A stretch of 64,000 bases of DNA from an uncultured Chthonomonadaceae bacterium (GTDB lineage Bacteria > Armatimonadota > Chthonomonadetes > Chthonomonadales > Chthonomonadaceae), in assembly GCA_963817895.1 (NCBI GenBank), contig CAWFQB010000002.1, positions 224,001 to 288,000 on the forward strand, read 5' to 3'. This document shows positions 28,027-37,192 of the stretch, piece after piece (position 1 is the stretch's first letter; every line of letters starts with the position of its first letter). Position numbers and translations under genes: made by a program. Below the pieces are notes generated by a model. It worked only from the letters and a program-made list of their open reading frames with translations. It was not told where the DNA came from and ran no database searches.

Positions 28027-28957
28027 TCGCTTCGCCTCCTTCCTTTTGGCGTTTTTTCAGTGCTTTCCAGTCCTCATGCCACACTTTATCATCCCAATTC
28101 CACGATACCACCTTCTGCGCCCAGGTCGCCATTTCGTCTGTGGTGCAGATAGAAGCGTCCGGGTAGCCCCTTTTGAGTTTGGGGTTGATCGCATTCCAGG
28201 CACAGTTGGGTTTATACTCGACGTAGGCGCAACCGACCTTGCCATTCACACCAGGGTCGAAGTCATCCACGCCCACAATGATACGGTACTCATTGCACGC
28301 GCGGCGCACAATCATGCCTTCCTTGATGTCCGGGCCTGTGAGTGGTTGAGCAGGCGTTCTACCCAGTTCGATCATCAGGTCATCGTCTAGCCAGAAAATG
28401 GTGGTCATTGCCGCCTTCCGCGCGTCAGGAGACATGCGCCTGATCCGCTCACGCCGGGAAGCGGGATGCAGGCGCAGAAGGTCGGTTTCAAACTTCGGGA
28501 ATTTATAGCCTGTGGGTTTTGTACCTGTGTCGAAAGGTATCCGTACCACGTTGGGCAAGTCGGGCAGGTAGCCAGTGGTCGGGCCGTCCAGAATGCTTAG
28601 ATCGTCCAGGCCCACCACTTCCCATCCGACACGGTGCATACCATCTTGAGTCTGGATGCTTTCCACCCAGAGGAGCATGGAGAGGATGCAATAGTCCGTG
28701 CGCTCGGAAGCGGCATACGCGACATCGATCTCACATTTCAAGCAGCCCCGCTCGTCGAAGTTGGGACAGAAAATCTGCCTCATTTCAATGCTGCCCTCAA
28801 TTGCGCCATTTTCGTCTTTGCCCAGTTTCAGGGCTGTCCATTCAACCTCGTAATCGAAATCGCAATTTTTCAGGATTTCCACCACCTCGTCGGCTTCGGC
28901 CTGGTTGTTGGGAATGCGTCTCACCCACATGCTGTTCTGATCATTCGCTGCTGACAT
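28013..28957 (-). CDS. Hypothetical protein
   Basis: 314-aa ORF, aggag RBS, overlaps the next gene. Confidence 0.7.
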   Translation of the reverse strand: MSAANDQNSMWVRRIPNNQAEADEVVEILKNCDFDYEVEWTALKLGKDENGAIEGSIEMRQIFCPNFDERGCLKCEIDVAYAASERTDYCILSMLLWVESIQTQDGMHRVGWEVVGLDDLSILDGPTTGYLPDLPNVVRIPFDTGTKPTGYKFPKFETDLLRLHPASRRERIRRMSPDARKAAMTTIFWLDDDLMIELGRTPAQPLTGPDIKEGMIVRRACNEYRIIVGVDDFDPGVNGKVGCAYVEYKPNCAWNAINPKLKRGYPDASICTTDEMATWAQKVVSWNWDDKVWHEDWKALKKRQKEGGEANEPV

Positions 28958-29043
28958 CGGTTTTTCTCCTATGTGCGGTAAAGGATTGGTTGTGTAGCGT
29001 GACGAGGGGCAGGCTTTCCCCGCACAGGTTGGCCCGCCCGCGT

Positions 29044-29096
29044 CACAATATATCTAGGCAAGGCGATATTCGATATTTCTGAATCGTCGCCGTTTT
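29044..29096. repeat. Conserved 53-bp intergenic element, copy 2
   Basis: Matches 27292-27344. Confidence 0.85.
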
Positions 29097-29159
29097 CAAG
29101 GCCCATTCAGCCTTTTTCAGGGTGGTTGAGAAATTATTTTTTCGGGCATCCATCCAGTT

Positions 29160-29341
29160 GTCAGCAAAAGTGGCAACGAGTTCTTCGGGGAACGCGCAGA
29201 GTGCCCTGAATATAGAGTGTGTGCCCGCAGTCTAACAGCAGGCGATGCGAACCGACAGCCTGCCGTTGCACTCCGCGCTTCACCAGTTCGCTTTTAATAA
29301 CCTGGCGAAAGTAGGCGCTGGGAACAAGACATTTTGACATC
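29160..29341 (-). pseudogene. Frameshifted paralog of the 25210..25419 zinc-ribbon gene
   Basis: QRQAVGSHRLLLDCGHTLYIQGTLRVPRRTRCHFC* versus QRQAVGSHRLILQCGHTVYRQGTLRVPKRTRCEVC. Confidence 0.65.
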
Positions 29342-29423
29342 GTTCTACTTCCTTGCTCTTGTATCCTTAATAGACTCTTATATGCCTATACATTGGGGTT
29401 CAAAAATCAGAAGATGTCGGCAG

Positions 29424-30216
29424 TCAGTCATCGAAGGAAATGGCGTCTAGTGCCGCAGGCGCGACGTTCTGGCATTCGTCTAACAGCGGGCAAAATTGGC
29501 AGTGTTCGCTTCGGGTAGGTAGAAATTCGGTTGCTGATTTCGTAGCGTTGCACCAGGGCTGCGACGTGCTTGTGGATGCCCTTTAGATCGCGCGAGTGGT
29601 AGGTGGTGGTTTCAAAACCATCATCCGTCAGGTTGGTCAACTCCAAAACATGGTACTTGAAAGCACTCTGATGAGCCAATTTTGCCACCGCGAGATTTAT
29701 GAAAATTTGGATCGGATCGAGAGGACGAAGTGAGGAGGCTACCTTATAATCGCGGACAATTAGAGTGTCAGGAGCGTCAGGGCGAATCAGTATGCGGTCG
29801 AGGCGGGCACTGACGTGAAAGGCTACCTTGCCCGGAGACAATTCGATGGGGAAGTTTCCAGACAATTCGACAGCCGTGGTGCAGTTGGCATCTTCATCCT
29901 CATCCAAATACCTGCTGATGATCCTGTGGGCGCGGTGCATATCCAGTTCACGCGCGGCCTCGTCCTTGTTGTAGAAATGTTGTTGAAGGAACGCCATGCG
30001 AACGTATGTGGCGAGGTTTTGGGAATGGGGTAGCGGGCCAGGGGTGAGAGGATCGTAAAGATGGCGCAGGATTTGATGGCACGCCGAAGAAAACGACAAG
30101 ACGCTGCTACGCTGTGAGCGGACAGCAGGGTATTGCTTTTTGACAGCGAGGCGATCAAAGCGTTTGGCACAAGTCGCCAGCCATGTGGCGTTGCTGGGCG
30201 TAAGAGTTAAGGGCAT
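29424..30216 (-). CDS. Cas4/AddB-like PD-(D/E)XK exonuclease with Fe-S cysteines (frameshift ~29530)
   Basis: LTPS..ATC N-terminus; ARLDRI..VRDYK; the shifted frame gives EHCQFCPLLDEC C-terminal motif. Confidence 0.75.
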
Positions 30217-30349
30217 TTCCTTCTCCTTTTGTTCGCCCTGCAAACACGAGTGTGCGGCACGCGCAGCAGGTGGGGTATAGATTTGTCGAGTTGATTTATA
30301 GCACAGCCAAAATTTGGCTGTCAACTACGCAGGCGCAAAAATCTATTCG

Positions 30350-30377
30350 GCCCGCCAAAAAACATTTTCTGGCGGGC
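30350..30377. terminator. Hairpin downstream of 30414..31022
   Basis: gcccgcca-aaaaacattttc-tggcgggc. Confidence 0.45.
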
Positions 30378-30413
30378 AGAATGGTGGCGATGAGCGGAAT
30401 ACGTTACGCAGCG

Positions 30414-31022
30414 CTATTCCCCCTCATCATCCTCGTCGTCCTCATCGTCTTGAGCGTCGTCCTCAAGGTTTTGGCGATAATATTCGAGGGCGGAGGGTAT
30501 GCCGGAATAGTGTATGTATCCAGCGTTGTCAAGAGCGGTTTCAACGTCTGCGGCGATGCGATCCAAGTCAACATCTGATGTTTCTGCTGTGATTTCTCCC
30601 AGCGATGGTACGTCGATGTCGTCTGGAATATCTGTTATGTCTGTCACTTCAAGTGTTTTCAAAACGTAGGCATCGCTTGCGTAATCCGCCAAACATTGAA
30701 GCGCATTTTGTGCGTTCTCGTCCAGTTTGCCGATCAGATTTGTGTTGTGCCACTCCTCCGTGTAACCGGCAGCGATCTGGTCGAGCAGATTCTTGTGCTC
30801 TGTCATGCCGCGCGACAATGCTTCCGCGTCCACGTTGTCCGGCAAGACCAACGCATAGAGCCGATCATGCACCACGCTCTCAAACGTGTCAGGATTATCG
30901 ACATGCTGATGGTATTGTTGCACCGACCAAGTGTGGGTGTCGGGATCGATCATCAGATAGTTCGCGTACTGTTCGTCGTCACCACCTGTTAGCAAAAATT
31001 GGGTCTGAGTGTATCGAGGCAT
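30414..31022 (-). CDS. Very acidic hypothetical protein
   Basis: ATG 31022 after ggag; roughly a quarter of residues are D/E; acidic tail. Confidence 0.7.
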   Translation of the reverse strand: MPRYTQTQFLLTGGDDEQYANYLMIDPDTHTWSVQQYHQHVDNPDTFESVVHDRLYALVLPDNVDAEALSRGMTEHKNLLDQIAAGYTEEWHNTNLIGKLDENAQNALQCLADYASDAYVLKTLEVTDITDIPDDIDVPSLGEITAETSDVDLDRIAADVETALDNAGYIHYSGIPSALEYYRQNLEDDAQDDEDDEDDEGE

Positions 31023-31195
31023 CTGGCCCTCCGCGTGTATTGATGTTGTGGCCCGCGGTTCCGGCACGGGCCGGGTTGTTGCGTAGCATCCAACCTCAGC
31101 GATGGCTTATTCTACCAAATGTGCATTGATTTGTCAAATTTGTAATGCAGATTTTCCCAAGTAGATGCGAGGTACAATATGATGGGAGGCTGAAT

Positions 31196-31522
31196 ATGGC
31201 AAAAGAGTATGATCCAGACGACAAACGACCTTTTTCTGCACGTTTAAGACCGGAGGCTTTCGCATCATTGGAAAAACTAGCAAAAGATTGGGGTATCAGC
31301 CAAACTGCTGTAGTCGAGTCATTGCTAATAAGCGTTGCATCACATCCTTCAATTGCAAGTATGCCACCATTCCATAATTTAGCGCTGGCACGCAAACTTA
31401 TGCTCGATGCCATCCATATTATGGAGACATCAATACATATATTACCTATCAGCGTAGAGCCGCAGTCATCACCACGCGGACGCAAACCAAGTAACAAACA
31501 ACCTGATACTGACGCAACCTAA
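31196..31522 (+). CDS. Ribbon-helix-helix (CopG-like) regulator
   Basis: KRPFSARLRPEAFASLEKLAKDWGISQTAVVESLL. Confidence 0.65.
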   Translation: MAKEYDPDDKRPFSARLRPEAFASLEKLAKDWGISQTAVVESLLISVASHPSIASMPPFHNLALARKLMLDAIHIMETSIHILPISVEPQSSPRGRKPSNKQPDTDAT

Positions 31523-31541
31523 CGTGCCATTAGCGCTGCCA

Positions 31542-31787
31542 CTATCGCCCCGCGCCCCACAACAAATAACGCCTGATATATTGCCCGTGCGTTAGTATTT
31601 TGAGCGGCTGTCCGCAGGAAGGATACGCCATCGCCTGCTTGCTGACTTGGTGGGCGCAGGCGGGGAAGGGTTCGAGGCTGATCGTGGATGCAGGCGCGGC
31701 AGTAAATGTTTGAACCGGGAAGCCGCAATGCGGGCATTCAACCTGGCTGATGGCAAACGAGCGGGTACAGTTGGCGCAGGCGGTCAT
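31542..31787 (-). CDS. Double zinc-ribbon protein
   Basis: CANC..CPHCG..PAC..PSCG. Confidence 0.5.
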   Translation of the reverse strand: MTACANCTRSFAISQVECPHCGFPVQTFTAAPASTISLEPFPACAHQVSKQAMAYPSCGQPLKILTHGQYIRRYLLWGAGR

Positions 31788-32543
31788 TTAGTTGGTTGTT
31801 GCAATTGTCATTGTTTTGCCTTTCCTAACGCGCGACGTTGTTCGGCTGCCGTGCGGCGGGCGGCAAGCCACTCTTGAAGGTGCAGGTAGGATACGTGGTT
31901 TGAGGTAAGGGCTGGTATATGCCGGTTGACGCTCGATTTCGGCAACACCCATGAGCGTAGCGGCCTCGGCTTTTGTCACCGCCCGATCCTGGGCCTGGAC
32001 GCTTGCCGCCTGCGCTTCGAGGGCGCTGGTGAGGCGTTGCATCAGCGGCAAAAGTACGGACATTGAATTTTCACCCGATTGCCGGATCGCCATGCTTATC
32101 ACCTCACCGATCACGGTTAAAGCGGAAGTTGAACTTGCGTCTTTTCCGGTGAGAAGCGCATTGCCCGGCGTGGGCGCGAACGTCATGGTTTTAAGATATT
32201 CGTCGGCGTTGGCAGGGCTGACGAGGGGATTGGTGACGAGAAAATGCAACTTGGCTACCGCGGATTCTGGGTAGCGGAAGCCCTTACCGCCTGCCCGCAC
32301 CGCGCCCAGGAGATTGCGCACAGACTCGTGTTCAATCAGTCTCTTGACCTTTGCGAGTACGCCTCCATGCTTGCGCTCGTCCGGTTCGATGCGCCGGGTG
32401 ATTTCCACCAGCGTCAACAGGCCGTCATGTGCGTCGCGGCTGTCAAGAGAAAGTGCGACAGTTGAACTATCGTCTTCCGGGGCGAGAGTTGAACTTCCGG
32501 TTTTTCCGTTTCGCCCATTTGCAAGCATTGTCGTAGGTGTCAT
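31788..32543 (-). CDS. Putative DNA-binding protein (MerR/excisionase-like HTH features)
   Basis: GKGFRYPESAV wing-like segment; AVTKAEAATLMGV HTH-like start near the C-terminus. Confidence 0.5.
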   Translation of the reverse strand: MTPTTMLANGRNGKTGSSTLAPEDDSSTVALSLDSRDAHDGLLTLVEITRRIEPDERKHGGVLAKVKRLIEHESVRNLLGAVRAGGKGFRYPESAVAKLHFLVTNPLVSPANADEYLKTMTFAPTPGNALLTGKDASSTSALTVIGEVISMAIRQSGENSMSVLLPLMQRLTSALEAQAASVQAQDRAVTKAEAATLMGVAEIERQPAYTSPYLKPRILPAPSRVACRPPHGSRTTSRVRKGKTMTIATTN

Positions 32544-32567
32544 GGTGTTAATCTCCCTTCCAAGCCG

Positions 32568-33956
32568 TCAAGTGGCTGTTCGCATCGTGTTTTGATCGTC
32601 TTGTACTATCACGCAATCCTGTTGTTTTGCGCCCTTCTGCATCATGGCGTTGATAATCGCGCCATTAATCGCAGCGGCATACACGGGGTTGGTAGGGTTC
32701 TCCCGCGCGTTTTGGGACACCCTACGCAGTGCCTCATTCCGCACCGCCTCCTTGTCCTTGTCCGGCAGGCATTTCCACGCCGACAGCAATTTCGCACTTT
32801 TCCTGTCTTCCCTCGCTTTGAGTCGCTGCGCTACATTATCGAGCGCGGATTGACGCTTTTCCTGTTTGACCTGTGCCTCATACTTCGCGTCAGCGTTCCA
32901 CTCGCATTCGATGGCGCGTACAAGCGCGCCAACGGTATTCCCGAAGGCCCCCTTGCCACGGTTCCAAGCGGCAATGCGGCGCAAGATGCCAACTGCGTCG
33001 TGCTGGCTTGCCAAGCATATCGCCACGTTTTCCCCCACGTCCACGTCTGTCAGCGCCTTGACGATGCTCTCATCAGGCTGATGGGCATTGACCCGCGCCG
33101 CTCTTGCCGCCGCCGTGATGATATTGCCTGCTGCTTTTGCGGGATCACCCACGATTTCATCAACGCGCGCAAAACCGTTGACGCTGGTAGGTTCGGGAAT
33201 GGAATCATCATTTACATGAGGAACAACAACACTTTTTCTCGGACTGGCAGCGGCTTTCGGTGGCGGGGGGGTGTTTGTTGTTGTCTTTGGTAATCTCTGT
33301 GTAGTCTCTGTTGTAATCTCTTTTATGAGCGGGGAATCTCCATCTGGGCAAACGGGAATGTCCACTTGCGGAGATGGGCTTTCCCATCTGGGCAGATTGG
33401 AATTTCCATCTGTACAAACGGGAATATCCATCTGGGTAAGCGGAGGGGCCAATCTGGGCAAACGGGAATATCCATCTGGCAGATTGGAATTTCCATCTGG
33501 CAGATTGGAATTTCCATCTGGGTAGGTGGCAGTACCGGTGGGCGCTTCAGGGGCTTGGAGTACCAACCCATCCAAGAAGGCATCGACGGCTTGGTGGTTG
33601 CGATAATAGTAGGTAATGCCGTCACGCTTGTCGAGGAACGAGCAGTAGAATTTGCCCTGGAACTTGTCTGCTGCCGCCTCAAATTCCGACCGCGTTCGAT
33701 AGCGCGTCGCAATGTGGTCGAAGGCGGAGCGGAACTCATCGGGTGTGATCGCCAGTTCTTCAGCCCAGGATTGCCCCGATTTGTAGGCGCGGTGAGAGCA
33801 GGGTTCCATAAATTTATAGAAACCGTCCGGGTAACGGGCAAACCAGTATTCCAATTGTTGCATCAGGATGCACCCGGCAACGCTCTTGGTTACGGGGCGG
33901 AGTTCTTTGACGTAGGGAATGGTATTGCGCGTGATGACAAGGAGGCGATTTCTCAT
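32568..33956 (-). CDS. Phage/plasmid-type replication initiator with internal repeats
   Basis: AGCILMQQLEYW..GFYKF..SWAEELAIT wHTH; PDGNSNL repeats; KEITTETT linker typical of phage O-like proteins. Confidence 0.7.
   Translation of the reverse strand: MRNRLLVITRNTIPYVKELRPVTKSVAGCILMQQLEYWFARYPDGFYKFMEPCSHRAYKSGQSWAEELAITPDEFRSAFDHIATRYRTRSEFEAAADKFQGKFYCSFLDKRDGITYYYRNHQAVDAFLDGLVLQAPEAPTGTATYPDGNSNLPDGNSNLPDGYSRLPRLAPPLTQMDIPVCTDGNSNLPRWESPSPQVDIPVCPDGDSPLIKEITTETTQRLPKTTTNTPPPPKAAASPRKSVVVPHVNDDSIPEPTSVNGFARVDEIVGDPAKAAGNIITAAARAARVNAHQPDESIVKALTDVDVGENVAICLASQHDAVGILRRIAAWNRGKGAFGNTVGALVRAIECEWNADAKYEAQVKQEKRQSALDNVAQRLKAREDRKSAKLLSAWKCLPDKDKEAVRNEALRRVSQNARENPTNPVYAAAINGAIINAMMQKGAKQQDCVIVQDDQNTMRTAT
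33340..33522. repeat. Iteron-like ~21-bp repeats (putative origin) inside the rep gene
   Basis: Recurrent ccatctgg(g)cagattggaattt and ccatctgggcaaacgggaata units. Confidence 0.75.
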
Positions 33957-34162
33957 TTCTCTGCCTCCTTCAACAGCCTGGTTGCAGTTGTCTCACCGGC
34001 AGTAAAGAAATCGACAGCAAAATGCAGATAGTTGCGAATGACTACGCGCTGGACACGCAGGCTACTGGCGATCTCCTCGATTGTGCGTACATCCTCGGCT
34101 TGGGCGAGAATTTCGCTAATGTGCTTGCGAACCGATTGGGGTTGTGGTAGAATCAAACACAC
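33953..34162 (-). CDS. Small HTH-like protein
   Basis: GTG after aggagg; RTIEEIASSLRVQRVVIRNYL; overlaps the rep start. Confidence 0.5.
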   Translation of the reverse strand: MCLILPQPQSVRKHISEILAQAEDVRTIEEIASSLRVQRVVIRNYLHFAVDFFTAGETTATRLLKEAEK

Positions 34163-34316
34163 GATTTTGCACCTCCTGCTTAGGTGTGGGTCGAGGGCGC
34201 GATAGGTGTTGCAACCACCTGTTGCGCCCGATTTAGTTTGTCGTGTGTATTGTGTCTCTAGTGAGGAATAAATGTCAAGGATAAAGGCGAAAAAACCTGC
34301 GTCATGGGGTATTAGA

Positions 34317-35045
34317 ATGTCTTTAGAGGAACTGCCGGAGTTCGCCAGGGATGCGCTGGAAGTGCTGCGCCAGCCGCTCGAAGATGGCGTGGTGAACGTG
34401 TCGCGCGTCAACGCTTCCTACACCTACCCCGCCGATTTCTGCCTGATTGCCGCCATGAACCCGTGTCCGTGCGGCTACTACGGCGATGTGTTCCGGCAGT
34501 GTTCGTGCGCCCCGTCTGCGGTGGCGAAGTACCAGAAGCGCATCAGCGGGCCGCTGCTGGACAGGATAGACCTGCACATCGAAGTGCCGCGCCTTTCGGA
34601 AGAGGAACTGCTGCAAACCCGACTGGGCGAGAGTTCGGCTGCCATTCGCGCAAGGGTGTGCCGCGCCCGCGACATACAGGCCAGGCGTTTCGCCTGCCCG
34701 CCGCCCCCGCCTGCTCAACCGCTTGCCGAGGGGATGCCGCCCCATCCCGCCGACCAACTCGCCGCGCAGCAGGAGAAGCCGCGCAATGCGCAGGTTCGCC
34801 CGCTGTTCTGCAACGCGCAGATGAGCAGCCGGGAACTGCGGGCGTACTGCGCCCCATCCGACAGCGTACAGGCATTACTTCGGGCGGCGATTGGACAGTT
34901 AGGATTGTCTGCCCGCGCCTATGACCGCCTGCTTAAAGTGAGCCGCACCATTGCCGATCTAGACGCCGCCGATGACATTCAGACCGCCCATGTCGCCGAA
35001 GCCATTCAGTACCGCAGTTTAGACCGCAAACTCTGGGGCGCATAG
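34317..35045 (+). pseudogene. comM: 3' half of the ComM/YifB Mg-chelatase-family AAA+ gene, disrupted by the island
   Basis: ELPEF..LEVLRQPLEDG, AAMNPCPCG, RISGPLLDRID, LSARAYDR..KVSRTIADL, EAIQYR; N-terminal half and Walker A missing. Confidence 0.9.
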
Positions 35046-35095
35046 AGTGGCCGTCATGGTATACTGAGGCAGATTGGAAAGCTGGACAAACCAGA

Positions 35096-35692
35096 ATGGA
35101 TGTAGAGAATGATTATCAGCGTGTTTTGCGAGAGTTGCAGGAGATCGAGCAGGCCATTGAGGAACTGACGCCCTTGCGTTCGCGCTGGAATGGCACACTC
35201 CGCCTGGAAACATTAAGAGGAGAACGGGGCGGAAAGTCTTTTTCGTGTGACATCAAACTGCGTCCTCACCTGGCAGTAAGTCCTATGCGTTGGCGCACCC
35301 TGATACACGAAATGTTTCACGCCTGCTCTGCCGGCTTCCAGATTTATGATTTCAACGCCAATCTTGGCTGGGAAGAAGGCGTCGTTGAACAATTAAGCCG
35401 TTTGTACCGCGCGCCCGTTTTGGAACGGCTGGATGTTGAAGTTGATCTGAATACGTTGGCGGTTTCCGACGAAGATCATCCATTCAACAAATATATTGCC
35501 GCCCTGGAAACGATACGAGTGGAGATGGAAGCCCATCCGGTCAACTTCTATATTGACTTGCTGATGACACCCATTCGAGAGCGCTACTCCAGTCTGCTGC
35601 AAAAAGCTTTACGTCTGGAGACAGTTCAGCGCAAGAGCGTCATTGCAGCGCTTTCTGCGGCGCGTCCTGTGTTGGAGAGGAGCATTCCATGA
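35096..35692 (+). CDS. Zincin-like metallopeptidase-motif protein
   Basis: TLIHEMFH...WEEGVVE. Confidence 0.65.
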   Translation: MDVENDYQRVLRELQEIEQAIEELTPLRSRWNGTLRLETLRGERGGKSFSCDIKLRPHLAVSPMRWRTLIHEMFHACSAGFQIYDFNANLGWEEGVVEQLSRLYRAPVLERLDVEVDLNTLAVSDEDHPFNKYIAALETIRVEMEAHPVNFYIDLLMTPIRERYSSLLQKALRLETVQRKSVIAALSAARPVLERSIP

Positions 35693-35916
35693 GCGAGCAA
35701 AATCGCGCCGAACGGGAACAGATTCTTTCGCGCGCGCTGACGGCGCGAACATTACCGGAAATCGAAGCGGGAATTCAGACTGTTCAAGAATGGCTGCGTT
35801 CGCATCCTGACGATGTGGGTGTAGAGGATGTTTTGGAACCGCTCACGATGCTGTGGGAGGGATTGCAAACAGAAGCGCAGGAACGCGGTTTCGTTGCCGT
35901 CCTCTCACCGCTTTGA
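35689..35916 (+). CDS. Small acidic hypothetical protein coupled to the upstream gene
   Basis: ATGA overlap; 75 aa. Confidence 0.6.
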   Translation: MSEQNRAEREQILSRALTARTLPEIEAGIQTVQEWLRSHPDDVGVEDVLEPLTMLWEGLQTEAQERGFVAVLSPL

Positions 35917-36597
35917 TCTTGTTGTCGAGTGCCGATACCGTCAGATTAGGCGGAACAATCCAGAACGACCCGACAGAGGCGAACGGCAAGCCGGCAACCT
36001 TCATAATGAGCCAGAGGTACGGCTGCCATGAAACCGAATGTATCAGGTAGGTCTGCTTAGTGCGGCAACCCAAATGGCGCGGCGCATGACTTCGCGAAAA
36101 GCTAAATAGTTTTCCAGAGAAATTAAGTTCAGGAATTGACATTTAATGGATGAAGAGTACACACGCGTCACCGGGCGTAAGTAAGATTATTCCCAATTTG
36201 GGCGACAGCAGGCAACCGCGCTTGTGTCGGTCCTTAGACGGGCTCCAACGGCATGTCTGTATGTAGTGGCTTAACAAGCCTTGTACCGTACAGGCCGCTT
36301 GCCATATCATGGAGTTTCAGTGTCACATTTGTGATCCGCCGCTGACCTGTATGGTTGGGCGGCGCGGTTGCCACGACTATAAGTGTTCGGAACTTGGAAT
36401 TGGTGCGTTCGATTGCAGCTCTGAAGCAAGCGGCTGCAAACCATTCACCTTAAACTGGGTAGAGTGGGCTTTGCCCAATCAGGCGGTGCAGCAAAGGGGC
36501 CACGCGACTGTTGTGTGACGAGAGTTTGAACAGTGGCCCGCCGCTGACCTTGTTATGATAGCGGTAAGGAAAACTTGCCATGTGAAAGGAAAGGGTT

Positions 36598-37192
36598 ATG
36601 ATGCGCAAAAGCCGTTTCATTGTGAGCGTGGCGTTCGTCGCCGCCGCTTTGAGTTTCGGGTTGCCGGGTTGCGGGGAGCGGCAGTTCCACGACGCCAACG
36701 CCGATCAACTACACGCCGGATGGCCGTGCTCTGCCCGGGCAAACGAATCTGTCTACCCTGCGTTTCAAAATCAGCGCGGACAAAAGCACGTACAAGACGG
36801 GCGATCCGATCAGCCTGACGATTTCCGTTACCAATTCGTCGAGTTCGCAAAGCACCGTGACGTTCCCCACCGCGACCCAAAATACGTGGTGGGGTTATGT
36901 GATTGCGCAAAATGGCAAAATTGTGTCGTATGAATACTGGCCGGGGCATAATCTCCTCTTTCCACAGGTGATTGGCACGGACACTTACGCGCCCGGTGAA
37001 ACGAAAAATTTCTCTTACGCCTTTCCCTACACGCCCGCCTCCGACAGTCCGCCGCAGGTCAGCGTTCTGCCGCCCGGAACCTATCAGGTGTATGCCCGCC
37101 TGCCCGCCCTGCTGTTCGACAACGGCAACCGCGTGGCGAACGATGTCCCGACCCCGGTTTCCGACGCCGTTACGCTTACCATCACCAACTAA
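36598..37192 (+). CDS. Lipoprotein with BsuPI-like Ig domain (frameshifted)
   Basis: Lipobox-like LPGC; YKTGDPISLTISVTN..TFPT..LPPGTYQV in another frame. Confidence 0.55.

Larger units (their letters stand above)
1..34328. mobile_element. Integrated element (genomic island) inserted in comM/yifB; right end only, left end outside window
   Basis: ComM-like sequence begins abruptly at ~34326 (..SLE|ELPEF instead of GVLFLDELPEF). Left of it lie a replication initiator, RM, Argonaute, nucleases and orphan genes; right of it lie housekeeping genes. Confidence 0.8.

Noticed and set aside
33340..33522. Possible CRISPR array near a Cas4-like gene
   Set aside because: The repeats are directly adjacent with no unique spacers and lie inside a CDS; iterons fit better.
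36180..36565. RNase P, tmRNA, group I/II intron or retron ncRNA
   Set aside because: The hallmark sequences are absent and there is no reverse transcriptase nearby; kept only as an unassigned candidate RNA.
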